Below are positions 50,301-62,583 of a stretch of DNA of 64,000 nt, one piece after another; the stretch's first letter is position 1; every line of letters begins with the position of its first letter. The stretch is taken from contig JANJGN010000323.1 of assembly GCA_026770705.1 (NCBI GenBank), forward strand, positions 1-64,000. Reading direction: 5' to 3'. This DNA comes from Isurus oxyrinchus. Taxonomy: Eukaryota. The translations under genes were made by a program, and so were the position numbers. The notes beneath the pieces are model-generated. The model did not search any database and was not told the DNA's origin. It saw nothing but the letters and a program-made list of their open reading frames with translations.

Positions 50301-51230
50301 AAATGTAGACAGGCCAAGCAAGATCCACACATTGCAATGTTACATCTGAGATCAACACCTACAACTGCAACTTTGTTAAATTCATTCATGGGATGTGGGA
50401 GTCACTGGCCAGGCCAGGATTTATTACCCATCCCTAATGTAAGAGTCAACCACATTGACGTGGAGTCTGGAGTCACATGTCTGCCAGATAATTTTGTTCC
50501 CTAAAGGGCACTGGTGAGCCAGGTGGGATTTCTAACAATGGTTTTGTGGTCATCACTAGACTTTGAATTTCATATTTTTATTAAATTCAAATTCCATCAT
50601 CTATTATGGCCGGATTTGAACCCATATTCTCAGGACATTACCCTGGGTCTCTGAATTACTCGTCCAGCAACAATACCACTACACCATCACCTCACCTTAT
50701 TCCATCACTGACAGAGATCATGTTTGGTGTGCCAGTAGTAACCAATTTCGCTACTCTTACCCATTCTACTCTCTCAGAAACCAGAGGGCAGCTTTTAAAA
50801 CTACAAGAGAAGATAAGGAATGTTCATGATAAAAATGGAGGTGCAGAGTTGCCAAGTTTACAGTTGGGACAAGTTCACATCCAGGATCCCACAGAAGGTT
50901 CATGACCACCAGCCGAGGTGACAAGGAATTGTTCAGAACCAAGGGCCTATGGAGTCAAACACACAAGGGCACAGCGGTGAGGTGGAACCGAGGATAACTC
51001 AGATCCATTCCCGCTCCTATTCCATCGAGGAGCAGATCCCACGTGAAATCAGGATCACCATCCAAGGGTGACAATCCCACAGATCACGGTGAGCAGTTAA
51101 AGACACCTCCAGACAAGGTAACCAGCACAAGATCTGGGTGTACCAGAAGGTTAAATCCACACTTGAGAGACTCAAATATTCAACAGTTCCGTACACTTAT
51201 GTAATTGTCAATAAATATGAACATGATATG
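47350..51230 (+). mobile_element. Decayed, internally deleted Gypsy-type retrotransposon in gene B intron 1
   Basis: gag-like (FRMFKQRTELWF...AIKIHLVIGNEGL; CGRCG...CPAFHESCKACGRKGH), protease LAKIDTGASAN, integrase-like TTSSPHYPRSNSLAE..IHTVKSLILK. Many stops; boundaries approximate. Confidence 0.8.
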
Positions 51231-52223
51231 AGAAACCGCTTGTTCCCTGCCCTTCTGAAAGATCCATTCCTGCAGCAGGAGCCTGAAGAGTTACTGATAA
51301 GAGATTTAATTTATCGGATTGTAGAATGATCCGGAACTGAAGGAAGCCATTTGGCCCATCGAGCCTGTGCTGGGCCTTTGAAAGATCTGTCCAATAAGTC
51401 CCACTCTAACCTCTGCTCTCTCCTCCACAGCCCTGCAAAATGTCCCCTTCAAGTATTTATCCAGTTCCCCTTCTGAAAGTTCCTGTTGAATCTGCTTCCA
51501 CCGCCCTTTCAGGCAGTGAGTCAATGGTCTCTCTCTGAGCTGCAAAGTGATAAGTTTCAATGAAATATAAACTCTGCAGCAGATCAGAAACAATCATGAT
51601 AACTCAGAATATTTGACAGTTTTACATACAGACAGCTTTGCCTCCCTTCTCTCTATCAGTTATCTTGCTATCTTATCGAATTTTCTAGCATGGTGAGAAG
51701 GGACAGGAAGTGTGACGCTGAACTGCCTGTCTAATCTAAGAGCTTCTGTGTTGTCTTCATGGGAAATTCTGATGAAAATCAGCAAGAGAGAAACATTTCA
51801 GGGCATTGATATCAGAGTGCTTGCATCAGGATAGACTTTATCCCCCAGTTTTTATCCCTGCTTCTCTATTCAGCCGATCGCTCCCCTGTCACTCGCTGAC
51901 CTGCACTGGCTCCCAGTCCAGCAATAACTCAATTTTCAAAATCTCTTCATTGATTCCTTATCCCTCCATCCTCCCTCTCCACTCCCTATCACTGTCACCT
52001 CCTCCAGCCCTGAAACCCTTTGAGGTCTCTGCTGTCCTGCAGTTCTGCTGTCAGACAGGGAGTCAGTGTATATCAGTGAGCACAGGGGTGATGGGTGAAT
52101 GGGACTTGGTGTGAGTTTGTACACTGGCTCACTGCTGAATCGGTTCCCTATCAGAGCTCAGTAAGAATGTTCTTTTACAAAGACTATTCACCATAAGTCT
52201 GTCCAAGCTGACGATGTTATTAC

Positions 52224-52263
52224 CTTGGAGAAGTGACAGGAGGAAGTAAGATTTCCCGACCAT
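52224..52263 (-). CDS. Leader exon copy B1, MVGKSYFLLSLLQ (nearest leader to gene B V exons)
   Basis: acaATG, phase-1 donor. 85-nt upstream exon at 52714-52798, ETS site at 52841. Confidence 0.82.
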
Positions 52264-54330
52264 TGTCCACTCCCAGATATTCCTTTAGCTTCTGACTCTT
52301 AAACTGTGAAAGAGAAAGGAGTTAATGAATCCTCACCTCCTGTCCGACAGCTCTCGAGAGATCAGAACTGCTTTTAGACAATGTCTTCAAAGACTAATTT
52401 GGTTCTCTGTGGGATGATAGGTGCTCTGCAGAGAGTTAAAAAGCTTTAAAAAAATAAATCAATGAAGGACTTGCATTTCTATAGCACCTTTCACCACCTC
52501 AGGATGTCCCAAAGCTCATGTCCCTGCTCTTCCCTCATCCTTTGAGCTAGAAAGATGTTCTGTACAACAGACCTGAGCCTCACACCCTGAACTCAATAAT
52601 CAATAGAAATCTTTCGAAGGCATCAATCATTGGAATCTGTCTTTATAAAGTCACATCATCAACAAAGGACGGTGTTGGTGGTGGAAGTGAATTCCAATCG
52701 TTCCGTTACTTACCCAGTACCTGTCCGACTGCTCGCCTGGGGAGGAACTGCCCACACGCTCTGCTTGAGCTGAATGACCTCTTCCTGTGCTGCTCCCTCT
52801 GTGTGTTTAATGAGAAAGGGTGGATGTGTCACTTTGAGACAAAATGAGGAAGTTGGATCAAAGTGACAGAGCAGCTCATGTTTTGAGATGTTGGTGAACT
52901 GTTAACCCTTTGTGTCCTGACCCTGTGGTGATATTTTTGCTCACAGGTGGACAGTCATTGACCAGGAATTTCTCCTGTGGGTCAGTGGGTTTCACAGCCA
53001 AATTCAGGGGGTCAGAACGTTGTGGGGTTCAAGACCCCATTCAGGGGACGTCTGCCCCACAGTGTAGACTGAAACTCCCCAGTGTCGGTACTGAGCAATT
53101 GCTGCACTGTCGGATGGTCATTACTGAGCGCGTGTTGCACTATTGTAAGGTCAGTACTGAGGGAGATCTCCACTGTTTGAGGGTCAGTACTGAGGGAGTG
53201 CTGCACTGTCAGAGGGACATTAATCAGGGAGTGCTGCAATGTTGGAGGATCAGTACTGAGGGAGTGCTGCACTGTTGGAGGGTCAGTATTAAGGTGCTGA
53301 TTTACAAGACAGGACAATGGATTAGGAGCCGTCACAACTCCCCCCATTATCACTGTCATGAATCACTAATTAGCCTAACATTCCTGTCTGCTCTTCAACA
53401 CGGCTGATTGGCTAATCTGATTCAATCTGATTGGTGCACTTTGTATGTTCATTGTCTAAGGAATCTCTTTGGATCCTCATTGTCTAAGGAATCTCTTTGA
53501 ATCCTCATTGTTTAAGGAATCTCTTTGGATCCTCATTGTCTAAGGGATTATTTCTGATCCAAACCCCATATTGTTGTATTGTTGATTCCGATGCAGCATT
53601 GTAGACTGACTTGTCCCCAAACTCAGCACTGACCCTACTCCAGCAGACACTGTGAAACACACTAACAAAGTGCCTCTAGCCTGAGCTCTGCATGTGTCGA
53701 GAGAAAGACAAATATGCAAACTGAATATTGACACCTTTACACACGGACAGCTTTACCTTCCTTCTCTCTTTCAGTTATCTTGCTCCCTTATTGAAGTATC
53801 TAGCAAGGTGAGAATGGACAGGAAGTGTGACACTGAACAGCCTGTCTATTCTAGGAGCTGCTGTGTTGTCTTCATGGGAAATTCTGACTAAAATCAGCAA
53901 AAGACACAAATTTCATTCCTTTGCTATCGGAGTCCAAGCATCAGGATAGACTTCATCCCCCAGTATTTATCACTGTTTCTCAACTCAACACCTCACACCC
54001 TCCGCCACTCGCTGACCTGCACTGGCTCCCAGTCCAGCAGAGCCTCGAGTTTAAGACTCTCATCCTCAATTTCCATTCCCTCCATTCCTCTTCTCCAATC
54101 ACTTTCTCCTCCAACCATGCAAACCTCAAAGTCCTCTGCTCTCCTCCAATTCTGCTGTCAGACAGGGAGTCAGTGTATATCAGTGAGCACAGGGGTGATG
54201 GGTGAATGGGACTTGGTGTGAGATTGTACACTGGCTCACTGCTGAATCTGTTCCCAATCACAGCTCAATAAGAATTATGTTTTACAAAGATGATTAGCCA
54301 TAAATCTGTCCGAGCTGACAATGATATTAC

Positions 54331-54370
54331 CTTGGAGAAGTGACAGGAGGAAGTAAGATTTCCTGATCAT
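54331..54370 (-). CDS. Leader exon copy B2, MIRKSYFLLSLLQ
   Basis: Duplicate of A2. 85-nt upstream exon at 54814-54898, ETS site at 54941. Confidence 0.7.
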
Positions 54371-55049
54371 TGTCCACTCCCAGGTATTTCATTGGTTCTC
54401 AAGCTGTGAAAGAGAAAGGAGTTAACGAGACCTCACCTCTTGTCCGACACCTCTCGAGAGATCAGAACTGCTTTTAGACAATGTCTTCACAGACTAATTT
54501 CATTCTCTGTGGGATGATAGTTGCTCTGCAGTGAGTTACAAGGCTTTAAGAAAGTAAAACAATGAAGGACTTGCATTTCTATATCGCCTTTCACCTGCTC
54601 AGGACACCCCAAAGCTCATGTCCCTGCTCTTCCCTCATCCCTTGAGCTAGAAAGATGTTCTGTACAACAGACTTGAGCCTCACACCCAGATCTCAATAAT
54701 CAGTAGAAATCTTTCAAAGGCATCAATCATTGGAATCTGTCTTTATAAAGTCACAACATCAACAAAGGACGGTGTTGGTGGTGGAAGTGAATTCCAATCG
54801 TTCCGTTACTTACCCAGGACCTGTCCGACTGCTCGCCTGGGGAGGAACTGCCCACACGCTCTGCTTGGGCTGAATGACCTCTTCCTGTGCTGCTCCCTCT
54901 GTGTGTTTAATTAGAAAGGGTTGATGTGTCACTGTGAGACAAAATGAGGAAGTGGTTAGTACCAAGTTAGAAAGCATCTCTTTGCCTCGCACAGTTAGAA
55001 AACTGTTAACCCTTTGCGTGCCAAGAATGTGGCTGAAGGGCCATCGACT

Positions 55050-55865
55050 GTTCACATGCTTTAAGCTCGAGGTGGTTGAACGGGCCTCCTCCTGTTCCTG
55101 TGTAACAGGCTTGAGGGGCTGAATGGACCTCCTCCTGTTCCTGTGTAACAGCCTCGAGGGACTGAATGAACCTCCTCCTCCGCTTCTTGTGTAAGAGGCT
55201 TGAGGGGCTGTTTGGGCCCCCTCATGTTCTTATATAAGATGCTCGTGTGGCTGAATGAGACTTCTCCTGTTCCTATGTAACTGACTTGAGGGGCTTAATG
55301 GACCTCCTCCTGTTCCTGTTCATCAAGCTCATGGGGCTGAAATGACCTCATTCCGTTCTGGTGTTAGAGGCTTGAAGGTCTGAATGGGCCTCCTCCTGTT
55401 GCTGTGTAACAGGCTCGAGGGGCTGAATGGGCCTCCTCCTGTTCCTGTGTAACAGGCTCGAGGGGCTGAGTGGGCCTCCTCCTGTTGCTGTGTAACAGGC
55501 TCGAGGGGCTGAATGGCCTCCTATTGTTCCTGTGTAACAGGCTCGAGGGGCTGAATGGGCCTCCTCCTGTTGCTGTGTAACAGGCTCGAGGGGCTGAATG
55601 GGCCTCCTCCTGTTGCTGTGTAACAGGCTCGAGGTGCTGAATGGGCTTCCTCCTGTTCCTGTGTAACAGGCTCGAGGGGCTGAATGGGCCTCCTCCTGTT
55701 GCTGTGTAACAGGCTCGAGGGGCTGAATGGGCCTCCTCCTGTTGCTGTGTAACAGGCTCGAGGTGCTGAATGGGCTTCCTCCTGTTCCTGTTTAACAGGC
55801 TTGAGGGGCTGAATGGCCTCCTCCTTTTCCTGTATAACAGTCTCATGGGGCTGAATGGCCTCCTC
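55050..55865. repeat. ~43-bp minisatellite GGCTCGAGGGGCTGAATGGGCCTCCTCCTGTTCCTGTGTAACA (also 33370-33970; inverted at 10490-10680)
   Basis: Tandem units resembling the CR1 3'-tail motif seen at 13340 and 42490. Confidence 0.92.
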
Positions 55866-56808
55866 TCATTAAAAATAAATACTGCAAATGTTGTAAATCT
55901 TCAATAAAAATGAAAAATGCTGCCTTAACTCAGCAGGTCTGGCAGCAGCTGTGGAGAGAGAAACAGAGTTTTTGCTTATAGACTCTGAAGAAGGGTCATA
56001 CGGACTCGAAATGTTAATTCTGTTTATCTCTCCTCAGATGCTGCCAGACCTACTCAGTTTCTCCAGCATTTTCTGTTTTTATTTCAGGTGCTCTCTTGTT
56101 CCTGTGTAGCAGGTTCGAGGGGGCTGAATGGCCTCCTCCTGTTCCTATTCAATGGGCAGTCAAAGTATGCATCTGATTTTGGACCTCAAACCCAATTCTG
56201 TCCTCAGGACATTGACAGAAGGAGAGACCAGTTACAGATCAATGCAGGAGGATTATTTATTTTCCCAATCTTTTATCCAAGAATGTCATCAAACATAGAG
56301 CAGAACCAGGATCAAGGATGTTGGTCTCTGTAATCTGTAACACATCGCACAGTCCACCCATCCACTCAGCCTTCAGGATGGATGCTCATTGTACTCTCAA
56401 AGTGTGAAAGACTAAAATGGTGGTTTATTGCAGCTATATCTCATTCTGTTATCAAAGATGTCTCATCCATCCATGACATATTGAAGAAGATAAACCTGCA
56501 ACCAATTTTTCACATCATAATTTCCTATGTTCATTGGCAACATCAATGTAAACATGTCACGCTGAAATGATGTCCTCCCACCAGTGGTGGCACTGTAGCA
56601 CATCTGTTATCCTCTGAGCTGCAGAGAATTTCTCAAATCTCCAAACAAATTGTTTCCCTGTTTCCCAGATTGCTGTTAGTTTTGCTGTTTAACGATGAAG
56701 TGTAAAATCCAAATATATATCTGAAAATACATTTGATTACAAAATGCTGAGTAAATTTTGCCAATCTCCTCTGCTCCAATTATCCACCGATCCTGCATTT
56801 CCTGAAGT

Positions 56809-56894
56809 CTACACTGGCTGATGAATATTCTGTAAACCTTCCTGAGCTGTCACCTCTCGTGGAGTGTCACCTTTCCACTCTTGTGAGGGTTCAG
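56809..56894 (-). CDS. Gene C fused terminal exon (A)EPSQEWKGDTPREVTAQEGLQNIHQPV*: start of a Vb exon joined to a 3'UTR copy
   Basis: Acceptor ctctccccag|. The first ~19 codons match V exons, then at ~56837 the sequence switches to the 3'UTR seen at 34940 and below. TAG at 56809-56811; AATAAA (minus) at 56424-56429. Confidence 0.7.
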
Positions 56895-58551
56895 CTGGGG
56901 AGAGAAATCTCAATATTTATCTCTGGATGGTTTGTGGATCCACTGAACCCGATATTTACAGATGAGGCTGAATTGGGGGGATGGTCAATACTGAGGAGGA
57001 CTGCAACAAATTACAGGATGATATACATTCTGATGAAGAATCATACGGACTCGAAACGTTAACTCTGTCTTCCTCTCCACAGATACTGTCAGACCTGCTG
57101 AGATTTTTCCTGCAATTTTTGTTTTAGTTACAGATTTCCAACAGCTGCAGAATTTTGCTTTTACATTACAGAAATATATTAATAAACTTGCAGAATGGGC
57201 AGGTCATTGACAAATGAGTTTCTATGTTAATAAATGTGAGGCATTACATTTTGTTCAGGAAAATGAGGAGCTTGTATCTTACCTCGAAAATAAGAATCTA
57301 ATTGGGGTAGAGGAACAACGTGATCTGGGCCGGAAATACAGGAATCAGTAAATGTGGGGACACAGGTTAACAAGGGAATTAAACATACAAACTAAACACT
57401 CGAGATTATTTCTCCAGGGATTGAATTGAAAAGTAGAGAAGTGATGTGAAACTTGTCCTGAACCTGGTCTGTCTGCACCTGGAGTCACGTGTGCAGTTCT
57501 GGTCCCCATATTGTAAAAAGGATGTGGAGACACTGGAGAGGGTGGTAAAAAGCTTCACAAGGATGATCTCAGCAATGTGAGGCTTTACCTATCAGGAGAG
57601 GATGTACAGGCTGGGACTCTGTTCTCTTGAACAGAGAAGGTTGAGGGGTGACCTCATTTGACCTTTGAACTAATTAAAGGTTTTGATCGAGTAGACATGG
57701 AGAGAGTGTTTCCACTCCTCACAATGAACAAAACCAGAGGCTGACAATATAACATCCTCACTAATAAATCCAATGGGGAATTCAGGAGAAACTTCTTTAC
57801 CCAGAGAGTGGGGAGAATGTGTACTTCAAGAATCACTTCATTGGCTGTGAATCAGTTTAGGATCGTCCTGAGGTGGTGAAAGGTGCTATGGAAATGTGAG
57901 ACTTGCTTTTGTATTTTGAAAGCAGGTTTCCAAGATTGAGATGGGAACTGAGAGGTTACAACAATCAGCAGCAACTTTCCTATTTTCAAACTTGGTGGGG
58001 AATGTGTCACTGAGCTGAATACACTTTCACTCCCAGACCCTTGAATTGCCAACACCGGGGTGTGGGTGATGGAGCAGCCCACAGCTCATGGAACCCTGGC
58101 TCATCATTCTCTCAGAGATCTGGGTCACTGATCCCATTGCTCTCTGTGGGATCTTCCTGTGCACAAACTCACTGCCACGTTAGACAGTGACTATACTTCA
58201 AGAATTTCTTCATTGTCTGTGAAGTGATTTGGTACGTGGTGAAAGGTGCTATAGAAATGCAAGTCTTTACTTTGTCGATTTGCCAGACTTTTAAATAGGG
58301 ATTAGAGAGTTCTATGGGAGTGGATAACCTGATAACATTGATGGACACAGTCAACACATTTAACCATTGATATTAAAGTGAGTATTAGACGTTGCTTTAG
58401 GACTGAATTGGAAGCTATCACCAGGTTATTGAGATCAGACAGTGTGTTATAATAAGCTGTGATTTGTGTTAATATGTAAAGGTCACAGTTTGTGTTATTT
58501 CCCACTGAGTGTTGAATGTGAATTGTTGAGTAATTGTAACACAGCACTTAC

Positions 58552-58920
58552 CAGAAACGTGAAGCTGGGTTACAGGGTAATAGTTATAGCGCGGACCATT
58601 GTCAAATTCTATTCTGAAAAAATAAGGTCCTGCATCTTCCCGTCTGATGTTTTTTATAATCAGGGAACAGTCGTCATCTTTCAGGTCTCCAGACAGCCGG
58701 GTCCGATGGTGGAACCGTGGTAACTCGTGACTGTGATCCTTGGAGTGAAAGGCAATGGGAGCCCAGGGAATCTGTTTCTCATTATTAAACCAGACTCCAC
58801 CTCGTGGTTGGCTTTCCAAATGTGCTGGATAACTGTAATGACATGGAATCTGTACACACGAACCTTCCTGCGCTGTCACCTCTCGTGGAGTGTCACCTTT
58901 CCACTCTTGTGACAGTCCAA
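58552..58920 (-). CDS. Gene C Siglec V-set exon with essential Arg (DAGPYFFRIE)
   Basis: 369 nt, phase 1/1, intact frame and splice sites, same Siglec hallmarks as 41326-41691. Confidence 0.92.
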
Positions 58921-61900
58921 CTGGGGAGAGAAATATCAATATTTAACTCTGGATGTTTTTTCGATCCATAATTCTTGATATCCACTCCCTCCATCACTGG
59001 GGCACAGTGGCTGCAGTTTGGACCATCTACAGGACACACAAGTAACTCCCCAAGGTTTCACAATGGATCGATGAGAGTCCTGGACACAGGAGTGGACAAG
59101 TTCATTCTACCTTGGCTCATGGTCCTCAGGACTCTATTTAGTTTTTTCAAATTATTCATTCATGGGATTTATTACCCATCCCATGTCCATCAGAGGCATT
59201 TAATAGTCAACCACATTGCGGTGGGATTGGAGTGATATGTAGGCCACACTGGGTAAGGGTGGCAGATTTCCTTCCCTGAAGGTGATCAGTGAACCAGGCT
59301 TTTTAATCCCATTCATCTGCCATGATGGAATTCACACCCAGGGCCCCAGAGCATCACCCTGGGCCTCTGGAATACTAGCCCAGTGACAATACCTCTCTGC
59401 TACCGCTTCCCCTTAGTGAAGCCAGTCTTCCACCCAACACAGTGTCTACAAGACGCACTATTTGAGATCCATTCAATGCTGATTTACAAGACAGGACAAT
59501 GGATTAGGAGCCCTCAGAACTCCCCCCATTATCACCGTCATGAATCACTAATTAGCCTAACATTCCTGTCTGCTCTTCAACACAGCTGATTGAATCAGAT
59601 TAGCCAATCTGATTGGTGTTCATTCCCTCTTCAACTTTTAAGGAATCACCAATCACTCGGCCTCTAGTTATTCCCCTGCCCACAAGAGGGAACATTCTCT
59701 GTCTACCCAGTCAACCAAAACATTTAAAATCCATGGAATTTTGTAGCTTTATTCTCTTCGCAAGTGTCTTAACTCTCAAACCTCGTCTACTTGAAACAAA
59801 ATATTATTGGTTCCTCACTATAAATTTTCAAAAAAATTGGGTGTCTGTTCCTCCATCAGCAACTCTTCAGAATCCTGCTGAAGTCACGGATATTTCAGAA
59901 GGACAGGGAACAAGAGGTTCCTGGTATCAGCGTTTTGTGTGGGGCCCAGTTCAGTTTGAACAAATAAACAACACCATCTTTGAAAGTCATGAACCCACCA
60001 CAGCGGCACCTCCGACACATGCAGAGCTCAGGCGAGAGGCGCTTTGTTAGTGTGTTTCACAGTGTCTGCTGGAGTAGGGTCAGTGCTGAGAGGGTCTGCT
60101 CAAGGATCATAACAACCTGCACTTGCACCTTCCAAGTAATAAGATTTTGTAAATGTATTCATTCATGGGATGTGGGCGTCGCTGCCAAGGCCAGCATTTG
60201 CTGCCCATCTCTAATGTCCCGTGACATAATCTCTGTAGCAGAGTAGAGACAATCATGATCACTCAGGATATTTGACATCTATCCACATGAACAGCTTTGC
60301 CTTCCTTCTCTCTTTCAGTTATCTTACTCCCTTATTGAAGTTTCTAGCATGGTGAGAACTGGATGGTTTGCTCGGACATTTCAGAGGAACCACGTTGCTA
60401 TGAGTCTGGAGTCACATGTAGGCCAGACCAGATATAGACGGCAGATTTCCTTCCCTAAAGGCCATTAGTGAACCAGATGGGTGTGTATGACAATCGATGA
60501 TAGTTTCATGGTCTCCATTACTGAGACTAACTCCCATTAGTGTAAACAGAGTGAACAGTTTTCCATTGATCCCACCTTTCCCGTTCTCTCCGGTATTTTA
60601 CACACTATTGCTCGATAATTTGATTCTGCCAAGGACCCCTTGGAAAATTATGGACACCAATTAGACAACCGATGGAATAAGGAATCTCGTTGGATCCTCA
60701 TTGTCTGAGGAATCTCTATGCATTCTCATTGTCTAAGGAATCTCTTTGGATCCTCATTGTCAAAGGGATTATTTCTGATCCAAACCCCATATTGTTGTAT
60801 TGTTGATTCCGATGCAGCATTGTAGACTGACTTGTCCCCAAGCTCAGCACTGACCCTACTCCAGCTGACACTGTGAAACACACTAACAAAGTGCCTCTAG
60901 CCTGAGCTCTGCATGAGTCGGAGGTGCCGCTGTGGTGGGTTCATGACTTTCAAAGATGGTGTTGTCATTTTTTTTGTTCCAACTGAACTGGGCCCCACAT
61001 GAAGTGTTGATACCAAAAACCTTGTGTTCCCTGTCCTTCTGAAACATCTGTGATTCAGCAGGATTCTGAAGATTTGCTGATAAGGGTCTTAAATTGTCTG
61101 ATTGTTGATTGATACAACACAGGAGGAGCTCATGTGACCCATCGTGCATGTGCTGATTCTTTCCCAATTCCTCTCCAACACCTTTCGCACATTCCTGCAA
61201 ATTTCCCTTCAAGTATTTATCCAGTTCCCCTTCTGAAAGTTCCTGTTGAATCTGCTTCCACCGCTCTTTCAGGCAGTGAGGCAATGGTCTCTCTCTGAGC
61301 TGCAAAGTGCCCAGATTCCGTGAAATTTAAACTATGCAGCAGATCAGAGACACTCATGATAACTAAGAATATTTGACACCTTTACACACGGACAGCTTTG
61401 CCTCCCTTCTCTCTTTCAGTTATCTTGCTCCCTTATTGAAGTATCTAGCATGGTGAGAATGGACAGGAAGTGTGACACTGAACAGCCTGTCTATTCTAGG
61501 AGCTGCTGTGTTGTCTTCATGGGCAATTTTGAATAAAGGCAGCAAAGGATACAAATTTCAGGCCATTGCTATCGGAGACCTAACATTAGGATAGACTTCA
61601 TCCCCCAGTTTTTATCCCTGCTTCTCGACTCAACCCATCACTCCCCATCGCTCACTGACCAACGTCCGATAGCACCTGGATTTTAAGATTCTGCTCTCGC
61701 TGCTACAACCCTGCCTATCCCTGTAAACTCCTCCAGCCCCTACAACTCTCCAAGACCTCTGGTCTCCTCCAATTCTGCTGTCAGACAGGGAGTCAGTGTA
61801 TATCAGTGAGCACAGGGGTGATGGGTGAATGGGACTTGGTGTGAGTTTGTACACTGGCTCACTGCTGAATCAGTTCCCTATCAGAGCTCAATAAGAATGA

Positions 61901-61953
61901 TCTTTTACAAAGACTATTAACCATAAATCTGTCTGAGCTGACAATGGTATTAC

Positions 61954-61993
61954 CTTGGAGAAGTGACAGGAGGAAGTAAGATTTCCCGATCAT
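61954..61993 (-). CDS. Leader exon copy C, MIGKSYFLLSLLQ
   Basis: acaATG, phase-1 donor G|GTAATA. 85-nt upstream exon at 62444-62528. Confidence 0.82.
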
Positions 61994-62570
61994 TGTCCAC
62001 TCCCAGATATTTCCTCAGCTTCTAACTCTGAAGTTCTGAAAGAGAAAGGAGTTAATGAGACCTCACCTCTTGTCCGAATGCTCTTGAGAGATCAGAACTG
62101 CTTTTAGACAATATCTTCACAGACAAATTTGATTCTCTGTGGGATGATAGGTGCTCTGCAGAGAGTTACAAGGCTTTAAGAAAGAAAAACACTGAAGGAC
62201 TTGCATTTCTATAGCACCTTTCACCACCTCAGGACACCCCAAAGCTCATGTCCCTGCTCTTCTCTCATCCCTTGAGCTAGAAAGATGTTCTGTACAACAG
62301 ACTTGAGCCTCACACCCAGATCTCAATAATCAGTAGAAATCTTTCAAAGGCATCAATCATTGGAATCTGTCTTTATAAAGTCACAACATCAACAAAGGAG
62401 GGTGTTGGTGGTGGAAGTGAATTCCAATCATTCCGTTACTTACCCAGGACCTGTCCGACTGCTCGCCTGGGGATGAACTGCCCACACGCTCTGCTTGGGC
62501 TGAATGACCTCTTCCTGTGCTGATCCATCTGTGTATTTAATTAGAAAGGATTGATGTGTCTCTGTGAGAC

Positions 62571-62583
62571 AAAATGAGGAAGT
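62571..62583. promoter_or_regulatory. PU.1/ETS-type site AAAATGAGGAAGT (also at 31144, 33262, 52841, 54941)
   Basis: Purine-rich GAGGAAGT core at the same position, ~43 nt upstream of each 85-nt exon that precedes a leader. Altered to AAATCAGGAATT in the intronic copy at ~37138. Confidence 0.55.

Larger units (their letters stand above)
52140..56837. repeat. Segmental duplication, copy 2
   Basis: Matches 30440-34940; the ORF track shows paired near-identical translations (e.g. 31204 vs 52910, 32242 vs 53921). Confidence 0.92.

Noticed and set aside
35309-52263. Assigning gene B as MAG, CD22, Siglec-1 or Siglec-15
   Set aside because: Domain count and tail do not match any of them cleanly, and orthology needs a phylogeny. 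No symbol given.
41326-58920. Multiple V exons as rearranging Ig/TCR/NAR V segments
   Set aside because: Each ends in a GT splice donor after a complete G strand, lacks the F-strand YxC cysteine, shows no heptamer/nonamer at the 3' end, and has the Siglec Cys pattern.
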